DNA from: Octopus sinensis
Lineage: Eukaryota
Assembly: GCF_006345805.1 (NCBI RefSeq)
Contig: NC_042999.1
Location: 36,704,001 to 36,768,000, forward strand
Length of the DNA stretch: 64,000 nt
Direction: 5' to 3'
Shown here: positions 52,241 through 63,735 of the stretch, piece after piece
Position numbering within the stretch: the first letter of the stretch is position 1
Layout: each line of letters begins with the position of its first letter
Made by a program: the position numbers and the translations under genes
Notes under the pieces: generated by a model
What the model was told of the DNA's origin: nothing
Databases searched by the model: none
What the model saw: the letters and a program-made list of their open reading frames with translations, nothing else

Positions 52241-52758
52241 GTCTGGTCTCCTGCCAGCTTCGTCTGGTCTCCGTACCGGTGACACGTAAAAAGCACCATC
52301 CGATCGTGGCCGTTTGCCAGCCTCGTCTGGCACCTGTGCCAGTGGCATGTAAAAAGCACCCACTACACTCACGGAGTGGTTGGCGTTAGGAAGGGCATCC
52401 AGCTGTAGAAACACTGCCAGATCGGACTGGGGCTGGTGCAGCCTTCTGGCTTCCCAGACCCCAGTTGAACCGTCCAACCCATGCTAGCATGGAAAGCGGA
52501 CGTTAAATGATGATGATGAATGATGATATTATTATTATCATTATTATTATTAAAGCGGCGAGCTGGCAGAATTATTAGCATGCCAGGCGAAATGCTTGGC
52601 AGTATTTTGTCTGCCATTACGTTCTGAGTTAAAATTCTGTCAAGATCAACTTTGCTTTCATCCTTTCAAGGTCGATAAAATAAATACCAACTGAGTACTG
52701 GGGTCAATGTAATCAACTATCTCTGTCCCCCAAATTTTAGTGCCCATAGCAGAAAGGA

Positions 52759-52823
<65 letters not shown>

Positions 52824-53050
52824 ATAAAAGTAGTAGGTTAGCAGAATTGTTAGCATGTCATGCAAACTGCTTAGTGGCATTTTGTCCGATTTTAGATTCT
52901 GGGTTCAAATCTCACTGAGGTTGACTTTGTTTTTCATTTTTTCAGAGTTGATAAAAGAAACACCCGTCAAACATTAGAGTCGACTTAATTGACTAGTCTG
53001 TACCCTAAAATTTCAGGCCTTGCACCTATAATAGAATGGACTATTATTAT
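51360..53050 (+). mobile_element. Cluster of SINE B2 copies with (ATT)n tails
   Basis: Copies at about 51360-51510, 51680-51900, 52555-52760 and 52830-53045. Each ends aaaatttcaggcc.tgt.cctatagtagaaagg-(att)n. Confidence 0.75.
52098..52136 (+). ncRNA. Minimal hammerhead-like motif with U3:A8 core
   Basis: GAAC-UUGACAA-A-GACAG-AUGUA-CUGUU-GAA-AUAU-C-GUUC. Predicted AUC site. Confidence 0.6.
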
Positions 53051-53054
53051 TATT

Positions 53055-53558
53055 GAGTAAGAGAGCAGTGCATGCCATCAAAGTGACACTGGGGTAAAAT
53101 ATACGAAGCCCAGCATACCCATCATGACTACCCGTCTGATGAGGGTACACCAGGCACATGCATCACAATCATATGTGCGTAATATGGTGATCTCATATCA
53201 AGATAAATGGCACATGACCTTGCAGGTGGGACCCAGTTAGAATTTTCTTCTGGTCGAGTAGCCCATCCCACTCAAAAGGTCCCTGAATAAGGGTTATTTA
53301 AGGATGTCGAATGAAACACTCATGTTTCCAGAGGTGAATTATCCAAACCTCTAAGAATTCCTTTCAATACACGGCTATGATGCTCCCCCACTACATCTGC
53401 TCATGATCAGAGATGCACGACAAGCAAATCTGTGGTATTGAGCAGAATATTTGCTGCGGCCCATCTTTTATACCAAGACAAAACAATGTACATGATAACA
53501 CTTCCAATCAGTTAAGATCAGAAGCCACGAGAGCCACTGCCTGGTACTGCATCAGGGC
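53055..53558 (-). mobile_element. Unnamed ~500-bp non-coding (TAA)n-inserted element, copy 1
   Basis: Near-identical to 58008-58527 and 60537-60994. One end is fixed (gagagcagtgcatgccatcaaagtgacactgg) and the other is variable. Flanked by (ATT)n. Strand is inferred from the truncation pattern. Confidence 0.75.
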
Positions 53559-53576
53559 ATTTATCTTTATTATTAA

Positions 53577-53619
<43 letters not shown>

Positions 53620-53641
53620 ATTATTATTATTATTATTATCA

Positions 53642-53800
53642 TTCAGTAGTTTTATTTTTATAGCGTGCTTTCACTTCACTACCGAGCGCAGCTCTGTGTG
53701 CCTTAGGTATGTGCTGTGATTTGTTGTGATGCTCTGATGGTTATTGTATGGAAAGTGTTCTGCGTAGGATGTGTGCAGTGCCTAGTAGTGCAATTTTCTG
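53642..53800 (-). mobile_element. R4/Dong LINE 3' end in (ATT)n
   Basis: Near-identical to the 3' end of 58934-60470. The minus strand ends gaaagcacgctataaaaataaaactactgaat(aat)n. Confidence 0.8.
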
Positions 53801-53801
53801 T

Positions 53802-53832
<31 letters not shown>

Positions 53833-53997
53833 TTATTATTTATATCATTCTTTTCTTTTCCACTTCCAATTCTATGTAAATCCCCATCCACATTTTATGT
53901 AATCTGCTTTTGTTTCTACCCTTATTATCTGATACCCACTTCGGGCAAATAAGCAAAATTGCTGTTGTTGTTATTGTTATTGTTGTTGTTGTTGTTG

Positions 53998-54028
<31 letters not shown>

Positions 54029-54179
54029 GGTGGTGGTGGTGTTGCAGCTGGTGATGGTTGTGGTTGTGGTTGTGGTGGTAACTGTTGTATTAGCATAGAC
54101 TGTGGTGGTGACAGTGATGATGGTGGTGCAGTTGTTGTTGTTGTTATTGATAGTTGGTGGTGTTAGTGCAGTTGTTGCA

Positions 54180-54250
54180 ATTATCAATATTATTATTATT
54201 ATATTATTATTATTATATTATTATTATTATTATTGTTATTATTATTATTA

Positions 54251-54334
<84 letters not shown>

Positions 54335-54395
54335 TGTTATTAGTATTATTATTATTATATTATTATTATTATTATTATTGTTGTTATTATTATTA

Positions 54396-54436
<41 letters not shown>

Positions 54437-54442
54437 GTTATT

Positions 54443-54479
<37 letters not shown>

Positions 54480-54520
54480 TATTATTATTGTTATTATTAT
54501 TATTAGTATTATTATTACTC
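54180..54520. repeat. Long imperfect (ATT)n microsatellite just upstream of the SLC12A9 exon
   Basis: Directly visible, preceded by (GTT/GGT)n at 53960-54170. Confidence 0.95.
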
Positions 54521-54717
54521 ATGCCATGTATATGGTTGTCCTTTGTTGACAATTTCTTTTTTTTTTTTCTTTTTGGTGTTGTTTTCGTCACCGTCATCAT
54601 AGTAATGATTATCCCTGCTGCTAGTTTGCTTAGTTTGTGTCAGCACAACCAACCCAACAACTGCTGTCACCACACACAGTGAATATCAATCCATTCACAC
54701 ACAGTCAGTACACAGCT

Positions 54718-55030
54718 ATGGAGAAAATCTCTTTCGGCAAGAAAGACTGTTTACATTCTTTTTACCAGTCATCAGGAAAAACAGAGACCGAAAGCATTTT
54801 CACCAAGGAACCAGATGACAATGATAATAATTCCACTAACAAATCCCCTTGTTATGGGCTCTTTAATTTTCCTTTCGCTCTTGATGAAGATTTACAAGAT
54901 TCAACTCACCATTTCAATGATATCCCAAAAACTGTTAAAACTCTGTCTATTCGTACCCTTGGAACCTTAGGTGGTGTGTTCTCACCTGTAGCATTAGCCC
55001 AATTAAGTACAAACTTATATCTTCGAATAG
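54718..55030 (+). CDS. SLC12A9: SLC12A9-like cation-chloride cotransporter, first coding exon (N-terminus and TM1)
   Basis: ATG in gctATGg context. Reads MEKISFGKKDC...KTLSIRTLGTLGGVFSPVALAQLSTNLYLRI(G), matching the SLC12A9-type TM1 pattern RxLGTxxGVxxPxxLxxxSxxxFLRIG. Donor g|gtaaga at 55031. No later exon was recognised in the window. Confidence 0.8.
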
Positions 55031-55114
55031 GTAAGAACTGAAAGCACTTTCTTATTCTCTTCACTATTATTGTTGTTGTTATTCTTATTACTATTATTAT
55101 TATTCTTATTATTA

Positions 55115-55154
<40 letters not shown>

Positions 55155-55507
55155 CATTATTATTATTATCATTATCATCTCATCATCATCATCATCATCA
55201 TTATTATTATTTTTATTATTATTATTATTATTATTATTGAGTGGGAGAGCAACTAGCTTCATCTTCCAAAACTTCAAACCTTGTGCTTACTCTTTACTCT
55301 CTTTTACTCTTTTACTTGTTTCAGTCATTTGACTGTGGCCATGTTGGAGCACTGCCTTTAGTCGAGCAAATCGACCCCAACACTTATTCTTCATAAGCCT
55401 AGAACTTATTCTATTGGTCTATTTTGCCGAACCACTAAGTTACAGGGATGTAAACACACCAGCATCAGTTGTCAAGCGATGTTGGGGGGACAAACACAAA
55501 CACATGA

Positions 55508-55557
<50 letters not shown>

Positions 55558-56156
55558 CTGTACTGGGAGAAGAAGAAGAAACGAAACGAAACGGAATGAA
55601 TCGAATCGAATCGACGCGAAGGCGCTCAGTCATACAATAGTGTAATAAATAAAATATATGCATACATACATATATGTACGTACCTACATCTACATGTATA
55701 TATACATGCATATTTAAATATATATACGTGAGTACAAGACATCACAAATAGACGCAGAACTCAACGAGAACGAAAACGTAAAAATAAGCATGGAACGAAC
55801 CTTTTTTTTACAAAGAAAAAACAGAGTACTAGACAAACTACACAAGGAAAAATTCCCTTCATCAGCTGTCCCTAGTTCAACTCCAGCATGTTTCGAAGGT
55901 GAGGACAGTACACGACTCGTCGAACTAGCCCTTCCTGCGAAGAAACTAAAGGAAATTACTTCGCAGAGGGGTAAAAACAAGGAAAGAACAAAATGTGACA
56001 CAAACAGGACGTAAAAACGATACAAATAAACTTACAAAATAAAATACAAAATAAAATACAAAATATAAATACAATTACAAAAAAATACAATACAAGAAAT
56101 AAAAACACACAAGAAAACAACCAAAGTGAAGTTGTAAGGTACCACACGAGTGGAAT

Positions 56157-56448
56157 TATATATGAAAGAAGGTTTGAAAATGCAATTTTAAAAGATGTTT
56201 ATTTACTTGACCGGTTTCACTTTTTTAGAAAAAGATTGTCTAAAGATTTTTCCTTGTAAACTGTTTTTAACATGTTCTTATTATTATCAAAGAATGTATA
56301 TATGTATTGTAATATTTTGTGACAACCAGTACCTAACACAACAAAGCTTTTACATGCTACTTTTGACAATCTTTTTCTAAAAAAGTGAAACCGGTCAAGT
56401 AAATAAACATCTTTTAAAATTGTATTTTCAAACCTTCTTTCATATATA
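56157..56448. repeat. 84-bp-arm inverted repeat in the SLC12A9-like intron
   Basis: 56157-56240 is the reverse complement of 56365-56448 with one mismatch seen. Spacer is 124 nt. Confidence 0.9.
56358..56401 (+). ncRNA. Minimal hammerhead-like ribozyme with U3:A8 core and GUC site
   Basis: UACUU-UUGACAA-U-CUUUUU-CUA-AAAAAG-U-GAA-ACCGGU-C-AAGUA. Confidence 0.7.
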
Positions 56449-56462
56449 TATGTATATATATA

Positions 56463-56524
<62 letters not shown>

Positions 56525-57349
56525 TATATGTATATATATATATACACACACACACGTATACGATGGGCTTCTTTCAGTTTCCGTCTACCAAATCCACTCC
56601 CAAGGCTTTGGTTGGCCCGAGGCTATAGTAGAAGACACTTGTCCAAGGTGCCACGCAGTGGGATTGAACCTGGAACCATGTGGTTGGTAAGCAAGCTACT
56701 TACCACACAGCCACTCCTGCGCCTATAGCAGAAAAAAATCATTATTCCTTTTAGTCTGTACTTCCACTACATGATAAAGTGCAGTTGGTTATGTGCAATG
56801 TTTCACCATTGTATTGCCAGTCCTGTACATAATATGCATGAAGTACCTGATAGTGTTATTTTCTATGCTTGTTGTTGTTATTGTTGGTATTGTGGCAAGT
56901 AGCTTGCTTACCAACCACATGGTTCTGGGTTCAGTCCCACTGCATGGCACCTTGGGCAAGTGTCTTCTACTATAGTCTCAGGTCGACCAAATCCTTGTGA
57001 GTGAATTTGGTAGACGGAAACTTAAAGAAGCCTGTTGTATATATGTATATGTATATATATATAAATATATAAAGTGTAGGAAGAAATGGAGCTCAACGAA
57101 GATTTAACAAAATTCCTTTTTATTATTTTCTACATATGTTTCAAAGGCTGCAAAGTCCCTAATTCGGATTGAATAAGGAGTCCATTTCTTACTACACTTA
57201 ATATATAAAACTTCAAATTTCCGCACTAAGGCACGGATTTTATGCCCCATGGTCGTAACTTCAACCGTGCTTTTTCTGTTGTGATTTTTGCTACCCAGGT
57301 ATCAGTTATCATTTGAATTATCCGTAATAAGATAATTCATTTATCTACT

Positions 57350-57386
<37 letters not shown>

Positions 57387-57937
57387 GTATGTGTATGTAT
57401 ATGTTTGTCCACCAACATCGCTTGACAACTGATGCTAGTGTGTTTACATCCCTGTAACTTAGCGCTTCGGCAAAAGAGACTGATAGAATAAGTACTAGGC
57501 TTACAAAGAATAAGTCCTGGGGTCGATTTGCTTGACCAAAGGCAGTGCTCCAGCATGGCCACAGTCAAATGACTGAAACAAGTTAAAGAGTAAAAGAGGT
57601 CAACTCTGACTTACGATCAAAGAGATTCCAGCTGTGATCATCAGACCAGGCTCTGTGTTGTGTTTTTGAGCAAGACACTTTATTTCATGCTGCTTCACTT
57701 CACCCAGTTATAGAAATGTGTTGTGACATCACTGGTACCAAGCTGTATCAGTCTTTGCCATTCCCTGGGACAACATTGGTGGTGTGGAGAAGGGATGTTG
57801 GTAAGCAAGGATAACTGCTAGATTTCTATAAGCAAATTTGCCGTGACTTGTACCCCAGAGGCGAACTTTCTAGGTGCAATCCCATGGTCATTCATGACCA
57901 AAGGGGTCTTTAGCGTTGTTGTTGTTATTATTATTAC

Positions 57938-58007
<70 letters not shown>

Positions 58008-58527
58008 GCGTGAGAGAGCAGTGCATGCCATCAAAGTGACACTGGGGTAAAATATACGAAGCCCAGTATACCCATCATGACTACCCGTCTGAAAAGGGTA
58101 CACTAGGCACATGCATCACAACCATATGTGCACGACATGGTGATCTCATATCAAGATAAACAGCGCATGACCTTGCAGGTGGGGCCCAGTTAGAATTTTC
58201 TTCTGGTCGAGTAGCCCATCCCGCTCAAAAGGTCCCTGAATAAGGGTTATTTAAGGATGTTGAACGAACCACCCATGTTTCCAGAGGTGAATTATCCAAA
58301 CCTCTAAGAATTCCTTTCAACACACGGCTATGATGCTCCCCAACTACTTGTGCTAGTGATCAGAGATGCTCATATCGTCAGCCATTAAGGGACATGGTCA
58401 ACTGGTTACGGTCAAACAACTGACAAGCAAATCTGTGGTATTGAGTAGAATATTTGCTGTAGCCCATCTTTTATACCAAGACAAAACAATGTACATGATA
58501 ACATTTCCAATCAGTTAAAATCAGAAG
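58008..58527 (-). mobile_element. Unnamed ~500-bp (TAA)n-inserted element, copy 2
   Basis: See copy 1. Confidence 0.75.
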
Positions 58528-58562
58528 TATTATTATTATCATTATTATTATTATTATTATTA

Positions 58563-58614
<52 letters not shown>

Positions 58615-58867
58615 CTTTTTTTTCAAATTTGCTTCCATTTCTTGCCGAGTGTCTTCCCGACTCCTAGGGCAAAGAAACTCATAGTATACATTGGTAGGCC
58701 ATTAAACTAAACTCACTAGTTCGTTAATTTTTTTTTTTTTAAAGTTAAATTAAAATACATGGGTAGTAATAGTTCTCACATCGACAATGCTCTTCTCAAT
58801 ACATGTGATGTACCAGTTAAGACAATCTTTTGCACTTCTAGCAGGGATGGTATGCCAGGGATCATTC

Positions 58868-58868
<1 letters not shown>
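58615..58868 (-). mobile_element. R4/Dong subfamily 3' fragment
   Basis: Minus strand reads RMIPGIPSLLEVQKIVLTGTSHVLRRALSM* plus UTR, between (ATT)n tracts. A relative lies at about 62915-63345. Confidence 0.7.
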
Positions 58869-58933
<65 letters not shown>

Positions 58934-58938
<5 letters not shown>

Positions 58939-60470
58939 TAGTTTTATTTTTATAGCGTGCTTTCACTTCACTACCGAGCGCAGCTCTGTGTGCCTTGGGT
59001 ATGTGCTGTGATTTGTTGTGATGCTCTGATGGTTATTGTATGGAAAGTGTTCTGCGTAGGATGTGTGCAGTGCCTAGTAGTGCAATTTTCTGTATGTTAT
59101 ATGTGTTTGTAGTCCTGGTGTTTTTGTTATGTATTTGTCTGAATATTTTTTTATCATGCCTAATGCACCTACTATGATAGGAATTGTTTCTGTTTTCAGA
59201 TTCCACATTCTAGTTATCTCTATTTCCAGGTCTTTGTATTTTGAGAGTTTCTCCATTTCTTTTAGAGACACGTTGTCATCAGCCGGTATTGATACATCAA
59301 TTAAAAAGCATTTTTTTTCTTCGTGATCTCTGACAACTATATCTGGTCTGTTGGCCTTAATTTCTCTATCTGTGTGTATCGGCATATCCCAGAGTATGGT
59401 TGCTTTCTCGTTTTCTGTGACCTTTTCTGGTGTGTGCCTATACCATCTTTTTTCTGTTGTTATTCCATAATGTTGGCATAGCTTCCAATGTATGTAGGTT
59501 CCAACTCTGTCATGTCTGTGAATATATTCCTTCTTAGCCAGGACTGGGCAGCTAGAGATAATATGATTTATTGTTTCTTGTCCATCTCCACATATTCTGC
59601 AGTTACTTGTAATATTTCTTTTCATTACATGTTTTTGGTAATTTCTGGTGGGGAGGCTTTGGTCTTGTGCTGCAATTAAAAATCCCTCTGTTTCTGCTTT
59701 GAGTCCTGAGCTTCTCAACCATTGCTGGGATTTTTCTTTGTCTATTTCTTTTGCGTTTAGTTTAGTGCAGTATTTCCCATAAAGGGGCTTTTCTTGCCAT
59801 CGTTTTAACATGGATCGTTGCTGTTCTATTTTTAGTTTGGATTTCATTTGTTTTATAGCTTTTGTTGTTTCTTCATCTTCTTCTTCTTCTTCATGTTTAT
59901 TAGGTGGTATGATTCTTGTTTGTATTTGTCAGCTTCCTTAAATACTGAGAACAGTTTTTTGTTTTGCTCGTGTTTTGCTGCTATCTGGATCAGTTTTCCT
60001 TCCTTCTGAAGTAGGTATTTTTGAAGACCTATGGTGGTTATTTTATAGTAGTTTTCCAGCTGTATAAGGCCTCTACCACCTTCTATACGTTGTATATATA
60101 GTCTTTCTATGTCAGATTTTGGGTGATGCATCCTAGATCCTGTCATTATTTTTCTTGTTTTCCTATCTATTTTGGACAGTTCATTTCGTGTCCAGTTAAG
60201 GATATTGTAGCTGTAACTTATAACTGGGACAGCTAAAGTGTTGATGCCTATTATCTTGTTTTTAGCATTGAGCTCTGTGTTTAGTATTGATCTAACTCGT
60301 CTATAATATTCTTTTTTTATTTTCTCTTTCATTTGTGTGTGTTGTGTCTTATCTAGTTCATGGATTCCTAAGTATTTGTAAGTTTGGCTTTGGTCTAATT
60401 CTTTTATTTCATTGGTTTTATCTAGTGTGATGTTGTTACTCTTAACTAGTTTTCCTCTTTTCATGGTTAC
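58934..60470 (-). mobile_element. R4/Dong-clade non-LTR retrotransposon (RT C-terminus, CCHC, restriction-like endonuclease), 5'-truncated
   Basis: YKYLGI, GGRGLIQL, AAQDQSLPTR, CRICGDGQETINHIISSC, RHDRV, NRPDIVV...LIDVSIP, KLSKYKDL, PIIVGALG. Confidence 0.9.
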
Positions 60471-60536
60471 TATTATTATTATTATTATTATTTCATGGTT
60501 ACTATTATTATTATTATCATTATTATTATTATTATT

Positions 60537-60992
60537 GAGTGAGAGAGCAGTTCATGCCATCAAAGTGACACTGGGGTAAAATATACGAAGCCCAATATAC
60601 CCATCATGACTACCCGTCTGATAAAGGTACACCAGGCACATGCATCACAACCATATGTGCGCGACCTGGTGATCTCATATCAAGATAAACAGCACATGAC
60701 CTTGCAGGTGGGGCCCAGTTAGAATTTTCTTCAGGTTGAGTAGCCCATCCCGCTCAAACGATCCCTGAATAAGGGTTGTTTAAGGATGTTGAAAGAACCA
60801 CCCATGTTCCAGAGGTGAACTATTCAAACCCCAAAGAATCCCTCTCAACACATGGCTATGATGCTCCCCCACTACTTCTGCTCGTGATCAGAGATGCACA
60901 TATCGTCAGCCACTAAGGGACATGCTCAACTGGTTAAGGTCAAACAACTGACAAGCAAATCTGTGGTATTGAGCAGAATATTTGCTGTAGCC

Positions 60993-60994
<2 letters not shown>
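60537..60994 (-). mobile_element. Unnamed ~500-bp (TAA)n-inserted element, copy 3
   Basis: See copy 1. This is the most truncated copy. Confidence 0.75.
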
Positions 60995-61031
<37 letters not shown>

Positions 61032-61043
61032 CATCATTATTAT

Positions 61044-61690
61044 GGTGACAAGCTGGCAGAATTGTTACTGCACCAGGCAAAATGCTTTGCGGCATTTTGT
61101 TCGTCTTTACATTCTGCCAAGGTCAACTTTGCCTTTCATCCTATTGAGAGTCAATAAATTAAGTAGCAGTGAAACACTGAGGTTGATGTAATCGACTTAT
61201 CCTCTCCCCTAAAATTTCAGTCCTTGTGCCTTTAACAGAAAGGACTATTATTAGTGAGCAGCCAGAATTGTTAGCACACCAAGCAAAATGCTTAACAACA
61301 TTTCATCCGTCCTTACATTCTGAGTTCAAATTCTGACTTTGCCTTTCATCCTTTTAGAGGCCAATGAAGTAAGTACAAGTTATACACTAGGGTCGATGTA
61401 ACTGAATATCCCCCACCCTCATAATTTCAGGCCTTGTGCCTATGGTAGGAAGGATTATTGTTATCATTATTATTGGAGGTAGTTATCTGGTAGAATCGTT
61501 AGCAGACTGGGCTTAGCAACTTTTAGTCTTCTTTATGTTTTGAGTTCAAATCCTACCAAAGTTGACTTTGGCTTTCATCTTTGTGGGATCCATAAAGTAA
61601 GTACCAGTTGCGGACTGGGATTGATATAATCAACTGTTTGCCTCCCTCAAAAATTTGAGGCCTTGAATCTATAGTACAAAGGATTATTAT
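61044..61690 (+). mobile_element. Three SINE B2 copies stacked head-to-tail
   Basis: Units at about 61044-61250, 61252-61460 and 61475-61690, each separated only by short att repeats. Confidence 0.75.
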
Positions 61691-61732
61691 TATTATCATC
61701 ATTATTACTATCATTATTATTATTATTATTAT

Positions 61733-62141
61733 TCTATGTTTGACTTTTGCTTTATATTTGTACAAGTTGGCTCCAAGTCTCACCCAGAGACCTCAAGAGG
61801 CAACAGGCTGGAAGTTCGTATTGTTGTTATGCCTAGTGTGCCATATATTTGGTTTTGTATTTAGTGTTGTACTAGTGAATGCCTAAAAAACAAAAAAACA
61901 AAAGTTATGTTTGTTTTAAAACTTGAGGTTACATAGAAAGTATTTTGCGTAGGACATGAGCAGTTCCCATGAGCACTATCTTTTGAATTTCTGCCATTTT
62001 GGGGTTTCCTGGTATCTGAGTTAGGTAGCGATCAGCCTCTTTTGCTATCATTCCCAGGGCACCTATGACAACAGGTATTGTTTTAGTCTTCAGGTTCCAC
62101 GTTTTGCTGATTTCTATTTCAAGATCTTTATATTTGCTCAG

Positions 62142-62145
<4 letters not shown>
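61733..62145 (-). mobile_element. R4/Dong subfamily 3' fragment (its UTR repeats at 63793-64000)
   Basis: LSKYKDLEIEISKTWNLKTKTIPVVIGALG...EIQKIVLMGTAHVLRK. Confidence 0.75.
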
Positions 62146-62214
<69 letters not shown>

Positions 62215-62224
62215 CATTATTATC

Positions 62225-62443
62225 TCATTAGCACAGGTTTTGTTAGAGCTCCTGGAGTCTTGCATGCATAGCGGGCTTACTACCTGCAGCCTATGGTACC
62301 ATGCTAGTCGTTCTTTTCAGCTACCTAACACTTTCCTGGTTGTTCTGGCTGTACCAAGGAGGCAAACCTCTTGTAACAGTTCTACTGGGCACTCTATTCC
62401 AATTTCCTTTATATTCTTCTTGATGCCTTCTGATACTGTTCCC

Positions 62444-62481
<38 letters not shown>

Positions 62482-62747
62482 GTTTTTTTCCTTCTTTCTT
62501 CAAATTTCTTCCGTTTCTCGCCGAATGTTTTCCATACACCTAAGGCGGAGAAGCTCATTGTATGCATTCCCAGATTACACATGCAAATTCACAGATAAAA
62601 TATGTATTTAAAAATTAATAAATAAATAAATTCATGGATGGATGTTGTTTTCACAGCGATAATGCTCTTCTCAGTACATGAGTCGTTCCAGTTAATACGA
62701 TTTTTTGCACTTCCTGTAGGGATGGTAAGCCTGGAATCATTTTCAAA

Positions 62748-62750
<3 letters not shown>
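62225..62750 (-). mobile_element. Two further R4/Dong subfamily 3' fragments
   Basis: 62225-62450 reads LGTVSEGIKKNIKEIG...LLGTARTTRKVL. 62480-62750 reads MIPGLPSLQEVQKIVLTGTTHVLRRALSL*. Confidence 0.65.
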
Positions 62751-62786
<36 letters not shown>

Positions 62787-63345
62787 TATTAATATTATTT
62801 TTTTTCTTCTTCTTCTTCTTCCTCTTATTATTATTATTATTATCATCATCATCATCATAAAAGAAATCATTATTATTATTATTATTATGATTATTGTTAT
62901 TGTTATTATTTTCATTAGCATCTTCTTTCAATTGTTTCCATTTCTTGCTGAGTGTCTTCCTGACACCTAGGGCAGAGAGACTACTGTATACATTGGTAGG
63001 CCATTAAAACAAGTACACCAGATTGTTCATTTGCAGAGTCACAGAGTCATGTGATAGAGAAAAAGGAGAAGACAGAGAGAAAAATGAAAAAAATAAAAAA
63101 TAGAAAAGTAAACAAATAAAATAAAGGGGAAAAAAGGAAAGAAAATCTTCTCAATATGTGCGACATACCAGTTAAGACAATCTTTTGCACTTTCTGCATA
63201 GATGGTAAGCCAGGGATCATTCTTAAATAATTTTCGGTTCTTTTTTTGATCATTCCAAGTGCTCCTACAATCACTGATATTGTAACCGTCTTGAGATGCT
63301 ACATCTTTTCAATTTCTATTAGCAGATCTTTATATTTTCTGAGCT

Positions 63346-63384
<39 letters not shown>

Positions 63385-63389
<5 letters not shown>

Positions 63390-63735
63390 TAGTTTTATTT
63401 TTATAGCGTGCTTTCACTTCACTACCGAGCGCAGCTCTGTGTGCCTTGGGTATGTGCTGTGATTTGTTGTGATGCTCTGATGGTTACTGTATTGAAAGTG
63501 TTTCACATAGGATGTGTGCAGTGCCCAGTAGTGCAATTTTCTGTATGTTATATGTGTTTGTAAGTCCTGTTGTTTTTGTTATGTATTTGTCTGAATATTT
63601 TTTTATCATACCTCATGCGCCTACTATGATAGGAATTGTTTCTGTTTTTAGATTCCACATTTGAGTTACCTATATTTCCAGGTCTTTATATTTTGAAAGT
63701 TTCTCCATTTCTTTTAGAGACACGTTGTCATCTGC
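63385..63735 (-). mobile_element. R4/Dong 3' end, third copy of the 58934 family
   Basis: Same 3' terminus ttcagtagttttatttttatagcgtgc, inside (ATT)n. Confidence 0.8.

Noticed and set aside
55840-55950. Hammerhead on the minus strand (CUGAUGA at about 55858-55864 and a GAAAC motif nearby)
   Set aside because: The CUGAUGA has no following GAAA, and the other half lacks a complete core. At best a decayed relic.
56755-56880. Second SLC12A9 exon (hydrophobic ORF MQCFTIVLPVLY...)
   Set aside because: The phase-1 frame from the nearest acceptor hits a stop within 7 codons, and there is no match to the expected GxxVGxAG continuation.
57121-57177. Hammerhead with ACAUAUGU stem III on the minus strand
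   Set aside because: The core reads CCGAAUU and stem I cannot be closed in register.
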